Origin: a virus
DNA: 64,000 bases
Direction: 5' to 3' (one strand)
Virus record (IMG/VR): IMGVR_UViG_3300027779_001649
Coordinates: 1 to 64,000 of that record
The translations under genes were made by a program, and so were the position numbers. The notes beneath the pieces are model-generated. The model was given only the letters and a program-made list of their open reading frames with translations, did no database searches and was not told the origin of the DNA. Below are positions 1 through 9,334 of the stretch, piece by piece (within the stretch, counting starts at the first letter, position 1; each line of letters begins with the position of its first letter).

Positions 1-295
1 TTGTTTTATTTTTTGAGTCATATACACTAATAGGAAACCAATTGTAAGTACCATCATCAAATGAACTGTAGTTTTCTTGATGTTCACCTAGTTCACCAGC
101 CAACACACGGTTCTGAGTTCCAGATAGAGAATGTTCTGTATCTGCCGTGACATCACATTTGTGTGAAATATAATCCTTTATACCTTCTATTACCTTAGAG
201 TTCTTTGTTAGTTCTTCATTGATAAGTTTAATATCAAAAACGTAAGGCTGTGGCATCTCTACGATATATGGTAAAATTTTTCTACCTTTTCTCAT
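1..295 (-). CDS. Hypothetical protein, 3'-truncated by window edge (possibly an AspH-like oxygenase N-terminus)
   Basis: Manual translation from ATG at 295: MRKGRKILPYIVEMPQPYVFDIKLINEEL..., open to position 1; overlaps the stop of the upstream gene. Confidence 0.6.
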   Translation of the reverse strand, partial: MRKGRKILPYIVEMPQPYVFDIKLINEELTKNSKVIEGIKDYISHKCDVTADTEHSLSGTQNRVLAGELGEHQENYSSFDDGTYNWFPISVYDSKNKT

Positions 296-1037
296 TTATC
301 CAACCCTCCATCAGTCCTGCTATATATTTATGTCCATTTGCGTTTGGGTGGTAATCCATCTTAGATATGATATGTTCATCCTTAAAGAAAGTAGAAAGAT
401 CATATCCACCCAGAGATTCTATAATGGGATATCCAATAAAATTCTTTAGTTTATTATAATAGGGAGATTCTAAAATCCATTCTGGTTTTGCAACTGGAGG
501 TAATGCTTGCATCTGTAAATAGGGAACATCAAGACTCTCACATACACTTTGATAACAAAACATCATTCTCATAGATTTCTGGAACGAAGCATCCTTCATT
601 CCAATACCCATTTTTCGCATAAGAGTAGATAATTGATCGTAAGGTAAGTCCTTCATGGCCTGAATGGCCCTATCGTGCCATTTTGAAACAGGCTTATTGT
701 TTCTAAACTGCCTGCGAGGTCTTACCCGAATCCATCCAGAAGTTGATTCTATGTCTATTCTTACATATTCACTCCACATTGCTAGAACCAACCCAACCTC
801 TCCTGGCTCAGTCTCCATAAGAGAGTCCATTATAGAACTAAGTATATACTCATTTCCAGAGGCGGGAACTGAAAGATTTATAAGCTCCATACCAAGTTTG
901 TCTGCCAACAGTTCTGGCCATATAGGAAATGGTTCAATGTCTATGTCTGGGTCATAACATACATTTGCAGGATTCTTTAGTTGCATCCTAACGTAGTCAC
1001 TAGAAAAACTGTCACCCGAAATTATTAGTTTCTTCAT
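282..1037 (-). CDS. SGNH/GDSL hydrolase-like protein
   Basis: N-terminal LIISGDSFS, internal SGN and C-terminal DYHPNANGH motifs; start reassigned to MKKLII at 1037. Confidence 0.75.
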   Translation of the reverse strand: MKKLIISGDSFSSDYVRMQLKNPANVCYDPDIDIEPFPIWPELLADKLGMELINLSVPASGNEYILSSIMDSLMETEPGEVGLVLAMWSEYVRIDIESTSGWIRVRPRRQFRNNKPVSKWHDRAIQAMKDLPYDQLSTLMRKMGIGMKDASFQKSMRMMFCYQSVCESLDVPYLQMQALPPVAKPEWILESPYYNKLKNFIGYPIIESLGGYDLSTFFKDEHIISKMDYHPNANGHKYIAGLMEGWINEKR

Positions 1038-1686
1038 AATTAAACTGTATCCTCCATAAAATTCTTTCTCCCTCAAATGCATCTCTTCTGTGCATCATTC
1101 TTAAATTATCATATAAGAATATACCATTCTCCTCCCAATACATAGGGAATGCAAACTGTTCACAGTGTTCTATAAGTTCCTGTATATCTACATATTTGTT
1201 TGTTTCAACAAGAGAACCTGGCGAGAAGTACAACATTTTATCTTTTGTAATAGGATGTTCTATAATAAAGGGCCTCTGTGTTTTATTCTTTCTAAGATAA
1301 CGCAATTGCATTTCAGTGAAACACTTGTTCTGTAGATGGTATGGTGGAAAATATGTCCCTACGATATCTTCATATTTTTCCTTATCTGGTAGATTATCAT
1401 ATGCAACCTTCATATCAACAAACCATGTTGGGGCTAAATGTCCACCAAAAAAATTATACAATGCAGTTCCATGAAATGCACCAACACCATAACTCCAATC
1501 GTTATGCCAAGGAACACTAGCTCTTTCAAACAAACCATCAGAACTTACTAACTGAACAAACCCTTCATCATCAAGAACATGTTTTTCGGTACTGAAGAAT
1601 GTCCCATAATCCATAACAATATCCTTAAAACTATCTGCGGTCAAATCAGCTGAGTTCAACTTCTCAATACCATCATTAATTAACAC
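1012..1686 (-). CDS. TauD/TfdA-family 2OG-Fe(II) dioxygenase
   Basis: WHND (HxD), TWFVDMKVAYDNLP, HPIT, YDNLRMMHRR and RILWR motifs. Confidence 0.85.
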   Translation of the reverse strand: MLINDGIEKLNSADLTADSFKDIVMDYGTFFSTEKHVLDDEGFVQLVSSDGLFERASVPWHNDWSYGVGAFHGTALYNFFGGHLAPTWFVDMKVAYDNLPDKEKYEDIVGTYFPPYHLQNKCFTEMQLRYLRKNKTQRPFIIEHPITKDKMLYFSPGSLVETNKYVDIQELIEHCEQFAFPMYWEENGIFLYDNLRMMHRRDAFEGERILWRIQFNYEETNNFG

Positions 1687-2281
1687 AATAAAATCTCTCC
1701 TTATATGCTTTTACTGAAAGAGATGGTGTTTGTAGTTTACCATCCTTTTTAAATTTATAATACAAAATGGATTGCCAGTTCTGTTTAAATCTCTTAGGCA
1801 TAGCAACTAAATGCATTTTAGGACTAAAAATCCATCCCTTCCTATCAGGAAAGTAGTTTTTAAATCTGTTTAGTGCAGTAGAATTAAGATTAACTAAATT
1901 GTTGTCTTTCAATTCTCTGCTTATAAACGCAACATCAAAACCCCCTTCTTTGGCATAGAGCATTTGCTGTTGTATCATCTCATAAGTATACTCTCGTATT
2001 CTTCTTTGATGTCCCCAGTTCATTCTTCTGTATTTTGGATTTTTAAAATGTCTATTTAATATACGAACAGAATTTCCGAATATTTCACGATGTAAAATAG
2101 TACTAAAAGCAACTAGAGTTTCATCTTCCTTAACTACTGTTACAGCCAATGAATCTACAAAGTCCAAATTGTCACCATAATTTTGTGATAATCTGTCATC
2201 TATATTTGTAGTTAAATCTACTATTTCCTCTAAGATTAGTGGATATGATTTTACGGGATATGTATCAATAACCAAATTCAT
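1676..2281 (-). CDS. Putative GNAT-fold acyltransferase
   Basis: VAFSTI...RILNRHFKNPKYR...QMLYAKEGGFDVAFISRE pattern resembles GNAT strands; weak. Confidence 0.45.
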   Translation of the reverse strand: MNLVIDTYPVKSYPLILEEIVDLTTNIDDRLSQNYGDNLDFVDSLAVTVVKEDETLVAFSTILHREIFGNSVRILNRHFKNPKYRRMNWGHQRRIREYTYEMIQQQMLYAKEGGFDVAFISRELKDNNLVNLNSTALNRFKNYFPDRKGWIFSPKMHLVAMPKRFKQNWQSILYYKFKKDGKLQTPSLSVKAYKERFYCVN

Positions 2282-3137
2282 TTTGTTTTAAGTGTTCAAA
2301 GAACGGGGCGACTTTCCAATTCTGTGTAACTCTTCCTCTATATTCATTATCAGAATCGGGGATGCCATCGTCATCTATTTCCCAATCTATCAATCTCACA
2401 AACATATCATCCAACTCATAGAAGTTAGCTAAAACAGCATGATTGGGGGATACGATATCATCTACCTTGGTTGCATCATGTACATAATACTTAAATGCTT
2501 CTTCTAGTTCTGGAAGGGTGTATGTGGCATCTTTCATATATCTACCTATATGACCAACACTCTTAAACCTTAGAATAGGTTTAATTCTTACTCTGTAGTT
2601 AGTTTCTTTCATAGTCTTACGTACTAAGTCTACTTGATCTCTTAGAGTGAACTCATTACTACCCTTTGCTATAATGGTTCCTGTATTGATAATCATTCTA
2701 GATTTCATAGAATTTACCAACGCCTTATGTTTCATATCGGCATATTCTCTACCGTTATCCAGAATTTCATATACTTCTGGATCAGCTGCCCCGTTCATAG
2801 AAATAAGAACCATCCGTAAACCAGACTTTTTAAGTTCCTGTACATACTTCTTAGAAGATAGTTTAAGACCATTTGTAGTTAAACTGACTTGATGGCCGCA
2901 CTTCTTCACATTCCGAATGATGTCAGGTAAATCTTTTCGGATTGTGGGTTCTGCACCAATCAATCTAACAATGATTCTATGGGGTAATTTTCGTAGGAAT
3001 TCGTACAGTTTTGTTACATCCATATCTGGGATATCCCGATTAGGTAAGTAACAATTTGCACATTCCATATTACATCTATGGGTCAAGTCAACCATAAGAA
3101 GATTAAAGGAGTTCTCCTCTGGGTTTAATTCTTTCAT
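2265..3137 (-). CDS. Radical SAM protein (MoaA-like fold, no C-terminal Cys cluster)
   Basis: THRCNMECANCY (CxxxCxxC), GAEPT, TTNG; start reassigned to MKELNP at 3137. Confidence 0.9.
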   Translation of the reverse strand: MKELNPEENSFNLLMVDLTHRCNMECANCYLPNRDIPDMDVTKLYEFLRKLPHRIIVRLIGAEPTIRKDLPDIIRNVKKCGHQVSLTTNGLKLSSKKYVQELKKSGLRMVLISMNGAADPEVYEILDNGREYADMKHKALVNSMKSRMIINTGTIIAKGSNEFTLRDQVDLVRKTMKETNYRVRIKPILRFKSVGHIGRYMKDATYTLPELEEAFKYYVHDATKVDDIVSPNHAVLANFYELDDMFVRLIDWEIDDDGIPDSDNEYRGRVTQNWKVAPFFEHLKQNEFGY

Positions 3138-3145
3138 ACTATTAC

Positions 3146-3487
3146 TTATGCTCTTTCTATTTCCTGTGTTACAGACCAACCTTTATTTGTATAATAGGAT
3201 GCGGTATTGTCATCATATTTTGTTGCTCTCTTATTTAGATACTCTTCACAATCATACCAATCAGGCCATGTCCTAACAGTTTTAAAAGTTTCTGCATCAA
3301 CAAGGGTTTTTGTTTCACTATATAAATCTTTATTGAGGGGAAGGGTGGCACTAGGCTTTGAAAATGAGCTCCGTTTGGCAAAATCGGCAATTGCTGCATC
3401 AACCGAAGTAAAATTAGCACCAGACTTTCTCATTATTAGTGTTTGTATTACTGCTATACCATCACTGCCTTCAAATGTTATGGCCAT
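3146..3487 (-). CDS. Small hypothetical protein (113 aa), probably late-expressed; possible distant member of the ~100-aa family
   Basis: Strong AAGGAG RBS and TATAAATA about 20 nt upstream. Confidence 0.7.
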   Translation of the reverse strand: MAITFEGSDGIAVIQTLIMRKSGANFTSVDAAIADFAKRSSFSKPSATLPLNKDLYSETKTLVDAETFKTVRTWPDWYDCEEYLNKRATKYDDNTASYYTNKGWSVTQEIERA

Positions 3488-4044
3488 TAGAGATTCTCCT
3501 TTAAACTATTTATACGATAATTAGAGAGAGCTTTCTTATAAGGGACATCAAATATACTAAATTTTAATAAAACTCTTTCCTCTGGAAAAGCTGGTACTGC
3601 ATGTCTTTTTTCTAAATTCAATAGAGCACAATTATAACTAACTGGGCCCAATTCTCCAAAGATCAAAGGGCCATAGTTATCACTCAATATTATATTGATA
3701 GCACACAAAGTACCTCTATCTGGGTGCATAGGCACTTCTGTATCTTTTTCTTGTTTATAATATCTAGGACGAATATCCTTACACTCTAATAACTCACAAA
3801 TTTGAGATTGTACTTTACTAACTTCTGGACACTCATTTATAACGTGGCCCTGTAACCATGTAGAGGGATTATAAAACCAACTTTTGCGATGAATTTTACT
3901 TTGGCGATCTACACCTTGTATGGGCAGGCCGGCATCATTAAAGGGCGTAAAATCTACATTGTTCATTTCATCTAACAGTTTTGTCTTATCGTAAGACAAG
4001 TCTATATCATAAAGAAAATCAGCCGGGGCTTTAATAGTAGTCAT
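3487..4044 (-). CDS. AspH-like 2OG-Fe(II) oxygenase
   Basis: PMHPD (HxD), CAINII, KRHAV (distal His), ERVLLKFS. Confidence 0.65.
   Translation of the reverse strand: MTTIKAPADFLYDIDLSYDKTKLLDEMNNVDFTPFNDAGLPIQGVDRQSKIHRKSWFYNPSTWLQGHVINECPEVSKVQSQICELLECKDIRPRYYKQEKDTEVPMHPDRGTLCAINIILSDNYGPLIFGELGPVSYNCALLNLEKRHAVPAFPEERVLLKFSIFDVPYKKALSNYRINSLKENL
3507..3514 (-). promoter_or_regulatory. T4-type late promoter TATAAATA
   Basis: Exact consensus just upstream of the RBS of 3146..3487. Confidence 0.7.
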
Positions 4045-4892
4045 ACCACCTTACACCTAAATGCAATTTTCTGAGACATTTCTGGCGCATCAGTTTTAGG
4101 AGATAATGTCATATGAGTTTTATCATGTGGAAAAACAATAACACGATTTGGTCTATTTCCTACAATATCACTGGGCCATCCTAAATTCCAACCATGTTTC
4201 CAATGAGTAGAACCTGTTTCTTGGTCATCATAATATACAAGTTCCCCTCCCCATTCTGGCAACCATTCTTGATTGGTTATGTATAAGACTGTATAATATT
4301 CTCCATTGTATGTACCATCTGTATCCCTATGGATTTGTCCACCTTTTTTTGATTGCCGTGTAGGAGGTCTTTCATGACATCTACCATTCAAGAAACAAGT
4401 CCACTGATTTTGGGTTTCTGGAACATCATATTTTTGATAGAAATTTTCTTTATCTACGTAAAATATTTGAGGGCCTTTTAGTCCACTTATGGTTTCTGGT
4501 ACACCATCAAGGGTTCCTTTACCATCAAAAAAATGTTTGTTTATTAATGTCCATAAATTCCAAATTAAAGGATTACGTTCCTGTACAGATTCATCACTCC
4601 ACCCAATTGGATGGCGATATAAACTGAACTTCATAACATCTTCCCAAGAAAAAGCTACTCCTGTAAGATGCATATTTTCAGACATTGCTCCTAATAGATG
4701 ACGAGCATTTATTTTTCCATGTATAGAAGGATTATATTCACTAATAGAAGGAACCATTTTTTGTTGTGGATAGTGTTTGGAATAATTCACCCCTATCCAA
4801 TGTTGATACCAAGAAACACTTTGCCCCCATTCATAAACTTCTTTATGTAGATCTGGGGATATTAATTCGTCAGCCACAATTATATCACTCAT
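4041..4892 (-). CDS. 2OG-Fe(II) oxygenase (prolyl-hydroxylase-like)
   Basis: IHRD, YTVLYITNQEWLPEWGGEL, PNRVIVFP...H; start MSDII with GAGGTG RBS. Confidence 0.85.
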   Translation of the reverse strand: MSDIIVADELISPDLHKEVYEWGQSVSWYQHWIGVNYSKHYPQQKMVPSISEYNPSIHGKINARHLLGAMSENMHLTGVAFSWEDVMKFSLYRHPIGWSDESVQERNPLIWNLWTLINKHFFDGKGTLDGVPETISGLKGPQIFYVDKENFYQKYDVPETQNQWTCFLNGRCHERPPTRQSKKGGQIHRDTDGTYNGEYYTVLYITNQEWLPEWGGELVYYDDQETGSTHWKHGWNLGWPSDIVGNRPNRVIVFPHDKTHMTLSPKTDAPEMSQKIAFRCKVV

Positions 4893-4907
4893 AGAACACC
4901 TCACATA

Positions 4908-4936
4908 ATAATATATAGTCATCCGAAAAAAGTCAA
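4908..4936 (-). promoter_or_regulatory. Sigma70-type promoter
   Basis: TTGACT-17 bp-TATTAT upstream of 4892. Confidence 0.6.
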
Positions 4937-4988
4937 TGATTTCAAGCCCTTACGTGATAGTAAGAACAAAACGTGAACAGTATGTTTT

Positions 4989-5014
4989 AAAAAAAAGGAC
5001 TCCAATCGGAGTCC
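4989..5014 (-). terminator. Rho-independent terminator after the CobS-like gene
   Basis: GGACTCC-GATT-GGAGTCC stem followed by a T run on the minus strand. Confidence 0.85.
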
Positions 5015-5035
5015 CCAAGTTTATGACTAAAGAGT

Positions 5036-6196
5036 CTAGAAAGCGTTTTCTTCTTCATCAGAAGTATCTTCTATCGGAGAATCTTCTTCAGTTGAAAGAT
5101 CTACACCGGCATCAATTTTGGTGTATAAATCCATGAAGGAAGCTTTTGTATCATCATCAAATCGTGCAACACACAATTCTATGGATTTCATTTTATCTCC
5201 AAAGATAGCAAATGCTTTTACGATGTGATCTAATCGGCGGGTAGAGATAACTTCATCAACTCCACCATCATAGAAAGTTTTACGAATAACATCAGCCCAA
5301 GTGACTAAGTTTGCTGCAAACTCATTATCTACAGCACCATACTTTTTCATGGCACCTTTAATAATTTTAGTTTCAGTTAGAACTGAAGCATAAGGCTGTT
5401 CAATCGTAATCGCAAATCGTTCTAGAAAAGCTTCATTGAGAATATTGGTTCCGATAAAACGTCCATCTTCAGAACCTTTACCTTTAGTATTGGCGGTTGC
5501 CATTACGTTAAAACCAGGCTTCGCAGAAATCCATTTGTTGATCTTTTTCAAGAAAACACCCTGACCTTCAAGAACAGGCTGTAATGCAAGCAACTTATTA
5601 GAACCTAAATCACACTCATCTAGAAGAAGAGTACATCCACGTTCCATGGCATCAATTACAGGGCCGGGAACAAACTTAGTTTCACCATTAACGAGTCGGA
5701 AACCACCAAGTAAATCATCCTCATCAGTTTCTATTGTGATGTTCACCCGTATGAGTTCTTTTTTCATTTTGGCGTGAACCTGTTCAATCATAAGAGTCTT
5801 ACCATTACCAGAAAGACCAGTAACAAAGATGGGATAGAACATCCCAGATTTTACAATCTTCTCTATGGTAGGGAAATTACCCCATGCAACAAATCCATCA
5901 AATGTAGCAGGAACTAAATTCTGTTTTTCCATATTAGTCGCAACTAAATTTACAGTAGAAACCTCAGAACTAGGTTCAGAAATAGTAGGAGCAACAGCGG
6001 CAACAGAACCACCTTCAGAGGGCAGTTTGTAAACACCATAACCTACTTTAAACTCTGGTTTCATAAACCAAGTAGGAAACGGAACCTTTGCTTTTTTGGC
6101 AGCTTCCCGTACATTTTCTTTAGAAATATCTGCACCATTACCAAACAACTCGGCAGCAGTATCTACAAATAATTTCTTTCGTGGAGACAAATACAT
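5036..6196 (-). CDS. CobS-like (MoxR-type) AAA+ ATPase of T4-like phages
   Basis: Walker A GLSGNGKT, Walker B LLLDE, ATANTKGKGS, NEAFLERF. Confidence 0.9.
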   Translation of the reverse strand: MYLSPRKKLFVDTAAELFGNGADISKENVREAAKKAKVPFPTWFMKPEFKVGYGVYKLPSEGGSVAAVAPTISEPSSEVSTVNLVATNMEKQNLVPATFDGFVAWGNFPTIEKIVKSGMFYPIFVTGLSGNGKTLMIEQVHAKMKKELIRVNITIETDEDDLLGGFRLVNGETKFVPGPVIDAMERGCTLLLDECDLGSNKLLALQPVLEGQGVFLKKINKWISAKPGFNVMATANTKGKGSEDGRFIGTNILNEAFLERFAITIEQPYASVLTETKIIKGAMKKYGAVDNEFAANLVTWADVIRKTFYDGGVDEVISTRRLDHIVKAFAIFGDKMKSIELCVARFDDDTKASFMDLYTKIDAGVDLSTEEDSPIEDTSDEEENAF

Positions 6197-6199
6197 AAT

Positions 6200-6244
6200 T
6201 TAACTTTCCTTTTTCAATTTTAAAACTTTTTGATTTCTCATCAT
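6200..6244 (-). other. Putative leaderless 14-codon uORF MMRNQKVLKLKKES
   Basis: ATG at the predicted +1 of the promoter; stop lies 3 nt before the CobS-like ATG. Confidence 0.35.
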
Positions 6245-6344
6245 ATATACAGAATAACATACTGGATAAGAATAGTCAATAGCCGATTGACCGGCTAATG
6301 ACGATTTATTGTTTTTAGGTATAAACTGTGACATTTTTATCACT
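6234..6344 (-). promoter_or_regulatory. Sigma70-type (probably early) promoter, copy 1 of a duplicated element
   Basis: TTGACT-17-TATTCT; upstream hairpin TAGCCG/CGGCTA, ACGATTTATT box and TGTGACA-N4-TATCACT dyad. Confidence 0.8.
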
Positions 6345-8667
6345 AAGCTACCATTGCAATAAATTTATTAAGTAACTGGCGGCTGTCAATCTTACTCTTC
6401 ATAGATTTTCCAAATGCAGACTTGAGTTTTGCTTTTGTGGCACCAATTAGTTCATCACCGAGCATAGCATTCTCAACTGAGAGAGCGTTTCCACCTGGCA
6501 ATATATATGCAACATCAAAACCAACAGACTCTATTGCAAGATACTTATTCTTGTTAATGAATTTAACTTTATCCATTATCTCAAGGATAGAATCATTTGG
6601 AAGCAAATAACCAAGAGTTCTTTTATCAACCCTACCAGATTTACCAGAACCAGCGATAAAGAAGTTTACTAAATTTCCAAAAGAACCAGTGCGTGATTTT
6701 AATATTTTTAAAAGAACAGCAGTTTGTCCAACACGACCACCACTGCATTTATAACTTTTTCCAGTAATAGGGTCTTTGAACAAAGTTATACTTCGGTCTG
6801 TCCAATGTCCACCGCAAGGGGTAGTGGTTTCCTGATGTGTACCTTTTTCTGGACCATCAAGTATCAATTTATAATCATACATTTGATTTAAACTATGTGA
6901 GGCACCATCAGTTAAGAATATAGTATTAACCTTTTGAACACCAGAATCTTTTTTGAACTGTGGGACATATTCCATCATGGCGATAATCGCATCATTTAAT
7001 GGGGTTCCACCCAGCTGATACTGAGAAGGCGGAGAGAGGGGATATCCATCTCTATTCCAATCCCGATATCCAGTATAACGATTTGCGTACATCAACATAG
7101 TATGCATCATTTTCATTTCATCAGAAGTATTCATGTTTGAAGTAAACAATTCTAAAAGAGCAAACTTATTAAGTCTAAGATCACCCATCTTAAATCCATT
7201 AGCAAATTCTTCATCTCCACGGCAACCACGTTGACCATAACTTCTATAAGCATCACTAAATGCAAGAACAGTAAAGGGGATTTTAACCTTACGGCAGAAC
7301 CAAATTAGATTGAATAACTGAGCAAGTGTACCTTTAAGATTATCAGCCATTGAACCAGACCAATCAAGAACCATAACCATACCGTGATTAGTTGCACCAG
7401 GCATAGTAGTTACTTTTCTGAATATATCATCATTATATTTGTAAGTGTGTAATTTAGACATATCTAAAGAACCTGTTTTAGAAGTGGCGGCACGAGCATA
7501 CTGATCTGCGGCTTTCTTCATTTCAAATTCTTTAACCATGTAACCAACAGTCTTTTTTGAATCTTCCTTCAAAGACTCTACTTCTTCTAGACACTTATCC
7601 CAATACAGAGAGCTGTCAAGACCTTTCTGTTTAACAAAACCACCGTAGAACTCTTCAATAACTGTTTTATTAGAAACAACAATTTTACTCATATCTAATT
7701 TAGGAATATTTACATAAGTCCTTTGAGAAGCATGTTTGTCTCGCAACTCATCCATAGCTTTTCCGAAAGCAGAATCAGTGGTTGCTTTTGGAACTCCACC
7801 ACCAGATTTTTTACCTTCTTTTCCAAGACCACCTTCGGTAGAATTATTCTTACCTTCTCCAGAATCTTCCCCAGAATCTTCCTTATCGTCTACTTCATCT
7901 TCATCGGAAGAGTCACTAGAACCATCTTCGGCATCATCATCATCAGACTTATCACCAGAAGTCCCATTATCAGAATCTCCATTTTCTTCTCCTTCACTTT
8001 TTTCTCCAGAGGAAGAACCTTCTCCCTCTTCAGAAGTTTCACCAGAAGAAGAACCTTCACCGTCAGAACCACTTTCTGACATTTCTGGGTGATCATCTGT
8101 TTCACCAGAGTCACCATCTTCTGGCATATTTTCTTCCATCCACTTATATAATTCTTCAGCAAGATCAAGAACTTCATCAGGCGTTTCAGTATTTGCAGTC
8201 CGATCAACCCAGACTTTTTCTTCATCAGTAAATACTATTTCAGAATTACCTTTGAAATACATATTGATTCTATCAATTAAATTCATCTTAGAGATATCTT
8301 TACCGGCAGTACCAAAGAAATCTTTAGAAATCAACTCAGAATATCCACGATTCATAACATTGACTAAGCCGGGATACTTACGTTTACCTTTTTTCTCAAT
8401 ACGGGCATCTTCTATGATGTTAACAAAAGAATGATTTATCTTACGTACAGCTGCATTCTCTAACATATCCAAAGGAGTCCACAGTGCGTGACCAATCTCA
8501 TGACCAACCATTAGGTCATAAATGGCAGGAGTCATATCATCATCTTTCCAAATAGGAAGACCCAACTCTCGTTTCTTAGAATCAAAGTAAGCAGTCTCCA
8601 TTTGTTTATGGACTACATTAACATCTTCTTCTGAAAGCAACTTTGCAAGGGTTGATTTGTTATTCAT
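6343..8667 (-). CDS. Metallopeptidase-motif + vWA domain protein (CobT-like partner of the AAA+ ATPase)
   Basis: HEIGH, EDARIE, acidic low-complexity linker, MIDAS DWSGS, GGTPL, LTDG; start 8667 (RBS) or 8694. Confidence 0.85.
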   Translation of the reverse strand: MNNKSTLAKLLSEEDVNVVHKQMETAYFDSKKRELGLPIWKDDDMTPAIYDLMVGHEIGHALWTPLDMLENAAVRKINHSFVNIIEDARIEKKGKRKYPGLVNVMNRGYSELISKDFFGTAGKDISKMNLIDRINMYFKGNSEIVFTDEEKVWVDRTANTETPDEVLDLAEELYKWMEENMPEDGDSGETDDHPEMSESGSDGEGSSSGETSEEGEGSSSGEKSEGEENGDSDNGTSGDKSDDDDAEDGSSDSSDEDEVDDKEDSGEDSGEGKNNSTEGGLGKEGKKSGGGVPKATTDSAFGKAMDELRDKHASQRTYVNIPKLDMSKIVVSNKTVIEEFYGGFVKQKGLDSSLYWDKCLEEVESLKEDSKKTVGYMVKEFEMKKAADQYARAATSKTGSLDMSKLHTYKYNDDIFRKVTTMPGATNHGMVMVLDWSGSMADNLKGTLAQLFNLIWFCRKVKIPFTVLAFSDAYRSYGQRGCRGDEEFANGFKMGDLRLNKFALLELFTSNMNTSDEMKMMHTMLMYANRYTGYRDWNRDGYPLSPPSQYQLGGTPLNDAIIAMMEYVPQFKKDSGVQKVNTIFLTDGASHSLNQMYDYKLILDGPEKGTHQETTTPCGGHWTDRSITLFKDPITGKSYKCSGGRVGQTAVLLKILKSRTGSFGNLVNFFIAGSGKSGRVDKRTLGYLLPNDSILEIMDKVKFINKNKYLAIESVGFDVAYILPGGNALSVENAMLGDELIGATKAKLKSAFGKSMKSKIDSRQLLNKFIAMVA

Positions 8668-8683
8668 TGGGATAACCTCTTTA

Positions 8684-8804
8684 TTTCTCATCATATATAC
8701 AGAATACACTATAGGATAAGAATTGTCAAGGGCCGAATGCACTTTGAGTGCATTTTGGATACGATTTATTGAATTTTAGTTAAAAGTGTGACATTTATGC
8801 AACA
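8684..8804 (-). promoter_or_regulatory. Sigma70-type (probably early) promoter, copy 2 of the duplicated element
   Basis: TTGACA-17-TATTCT; hairpin AATGCACT/AGTGCATT, ACGATTTATT box and TGTGACA-N4-TGCAACA dyad. Confidence 0.8.
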
Positions 8805-9334
8805 TTACTATCACGCCGAGCTCGTACCAGATCCTTAGATTTGATTTCTTGTTTCTTTCTTCGTTTAATTGCCATCTGTAGTCTTAGTTTACTGACAAGA
8901 TCCATGAAGTTTTTACCCTCCATATGATCATATTCGTGTTGGGCGATTCGTGATTCTAATCCACGAAATGGACGTTCTGTAACCTTACCATCCTCATCTT
9001 CATATTTGAGAACGATTGATTCTGGTCTTTTGATCTTCAACCACAGGCCTGGATTAGATAAACAACCTTCATCTTCAAAAACGTGTTCTACACTATATTC
9101 TAATATCTCTGGATTAAAACAAACCAATTTTTCTCTTTTTTGAAAATCTGAAAACATTATAAAGGCTCTTTCCATGATTCCCATTTGATTCGCAGATAAT
9201 CCCAGACCATGAAAATTTTCCATAGTTTCGTTTAAATCTTCTGCTAATTGTTTCCTGTCACACTTCTCTGATACTCCAGATAGTGGGACTTGCATTATTG
9301 GATTATCGTTTCCTATTATTTTAAATATGGCCAT
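8795..9334 (-). CDS. def: Peptide deformylase
   Basis: GLGLSANQMG, EGCLS, QHEYDH motifs. Confidence 0.95.
   Translation of the reverse strand: MAIFKIIGNDNPIMQVPLSGVSEKCDRKQLAEDLNETMENFHGLGLSANQMGIMERAFIMFSDFQKREKLVCFNPEILEYSVEHVFEDEGCLSNPGLWLKIKRPESIVLKYEDEDGKVTERPFRGLESRIAQHEYDHMEGKNFMDLVSKLRLQMAIKRRKKQEIKSKDLVRARRDSNVA

Noticed and set aside
2265-3137. Molybdopterin synthesis MoaA
   Set aside because: Lacks MoaA's C-terminal Cys cluster and GG tail; no moaC.
7723-8225. Alternative-frame ORFs over the vWA acidic linker
   Set aside because: Shadows of low-complexity Glu/Ser/Gly/Asp codons.
5036-8667. Cobalamin biosynthesis (true cobS/cobT)
   Set aside because: No CobN or other cob genes; this pair is a general AAA+/vWA module in T4-like phages.
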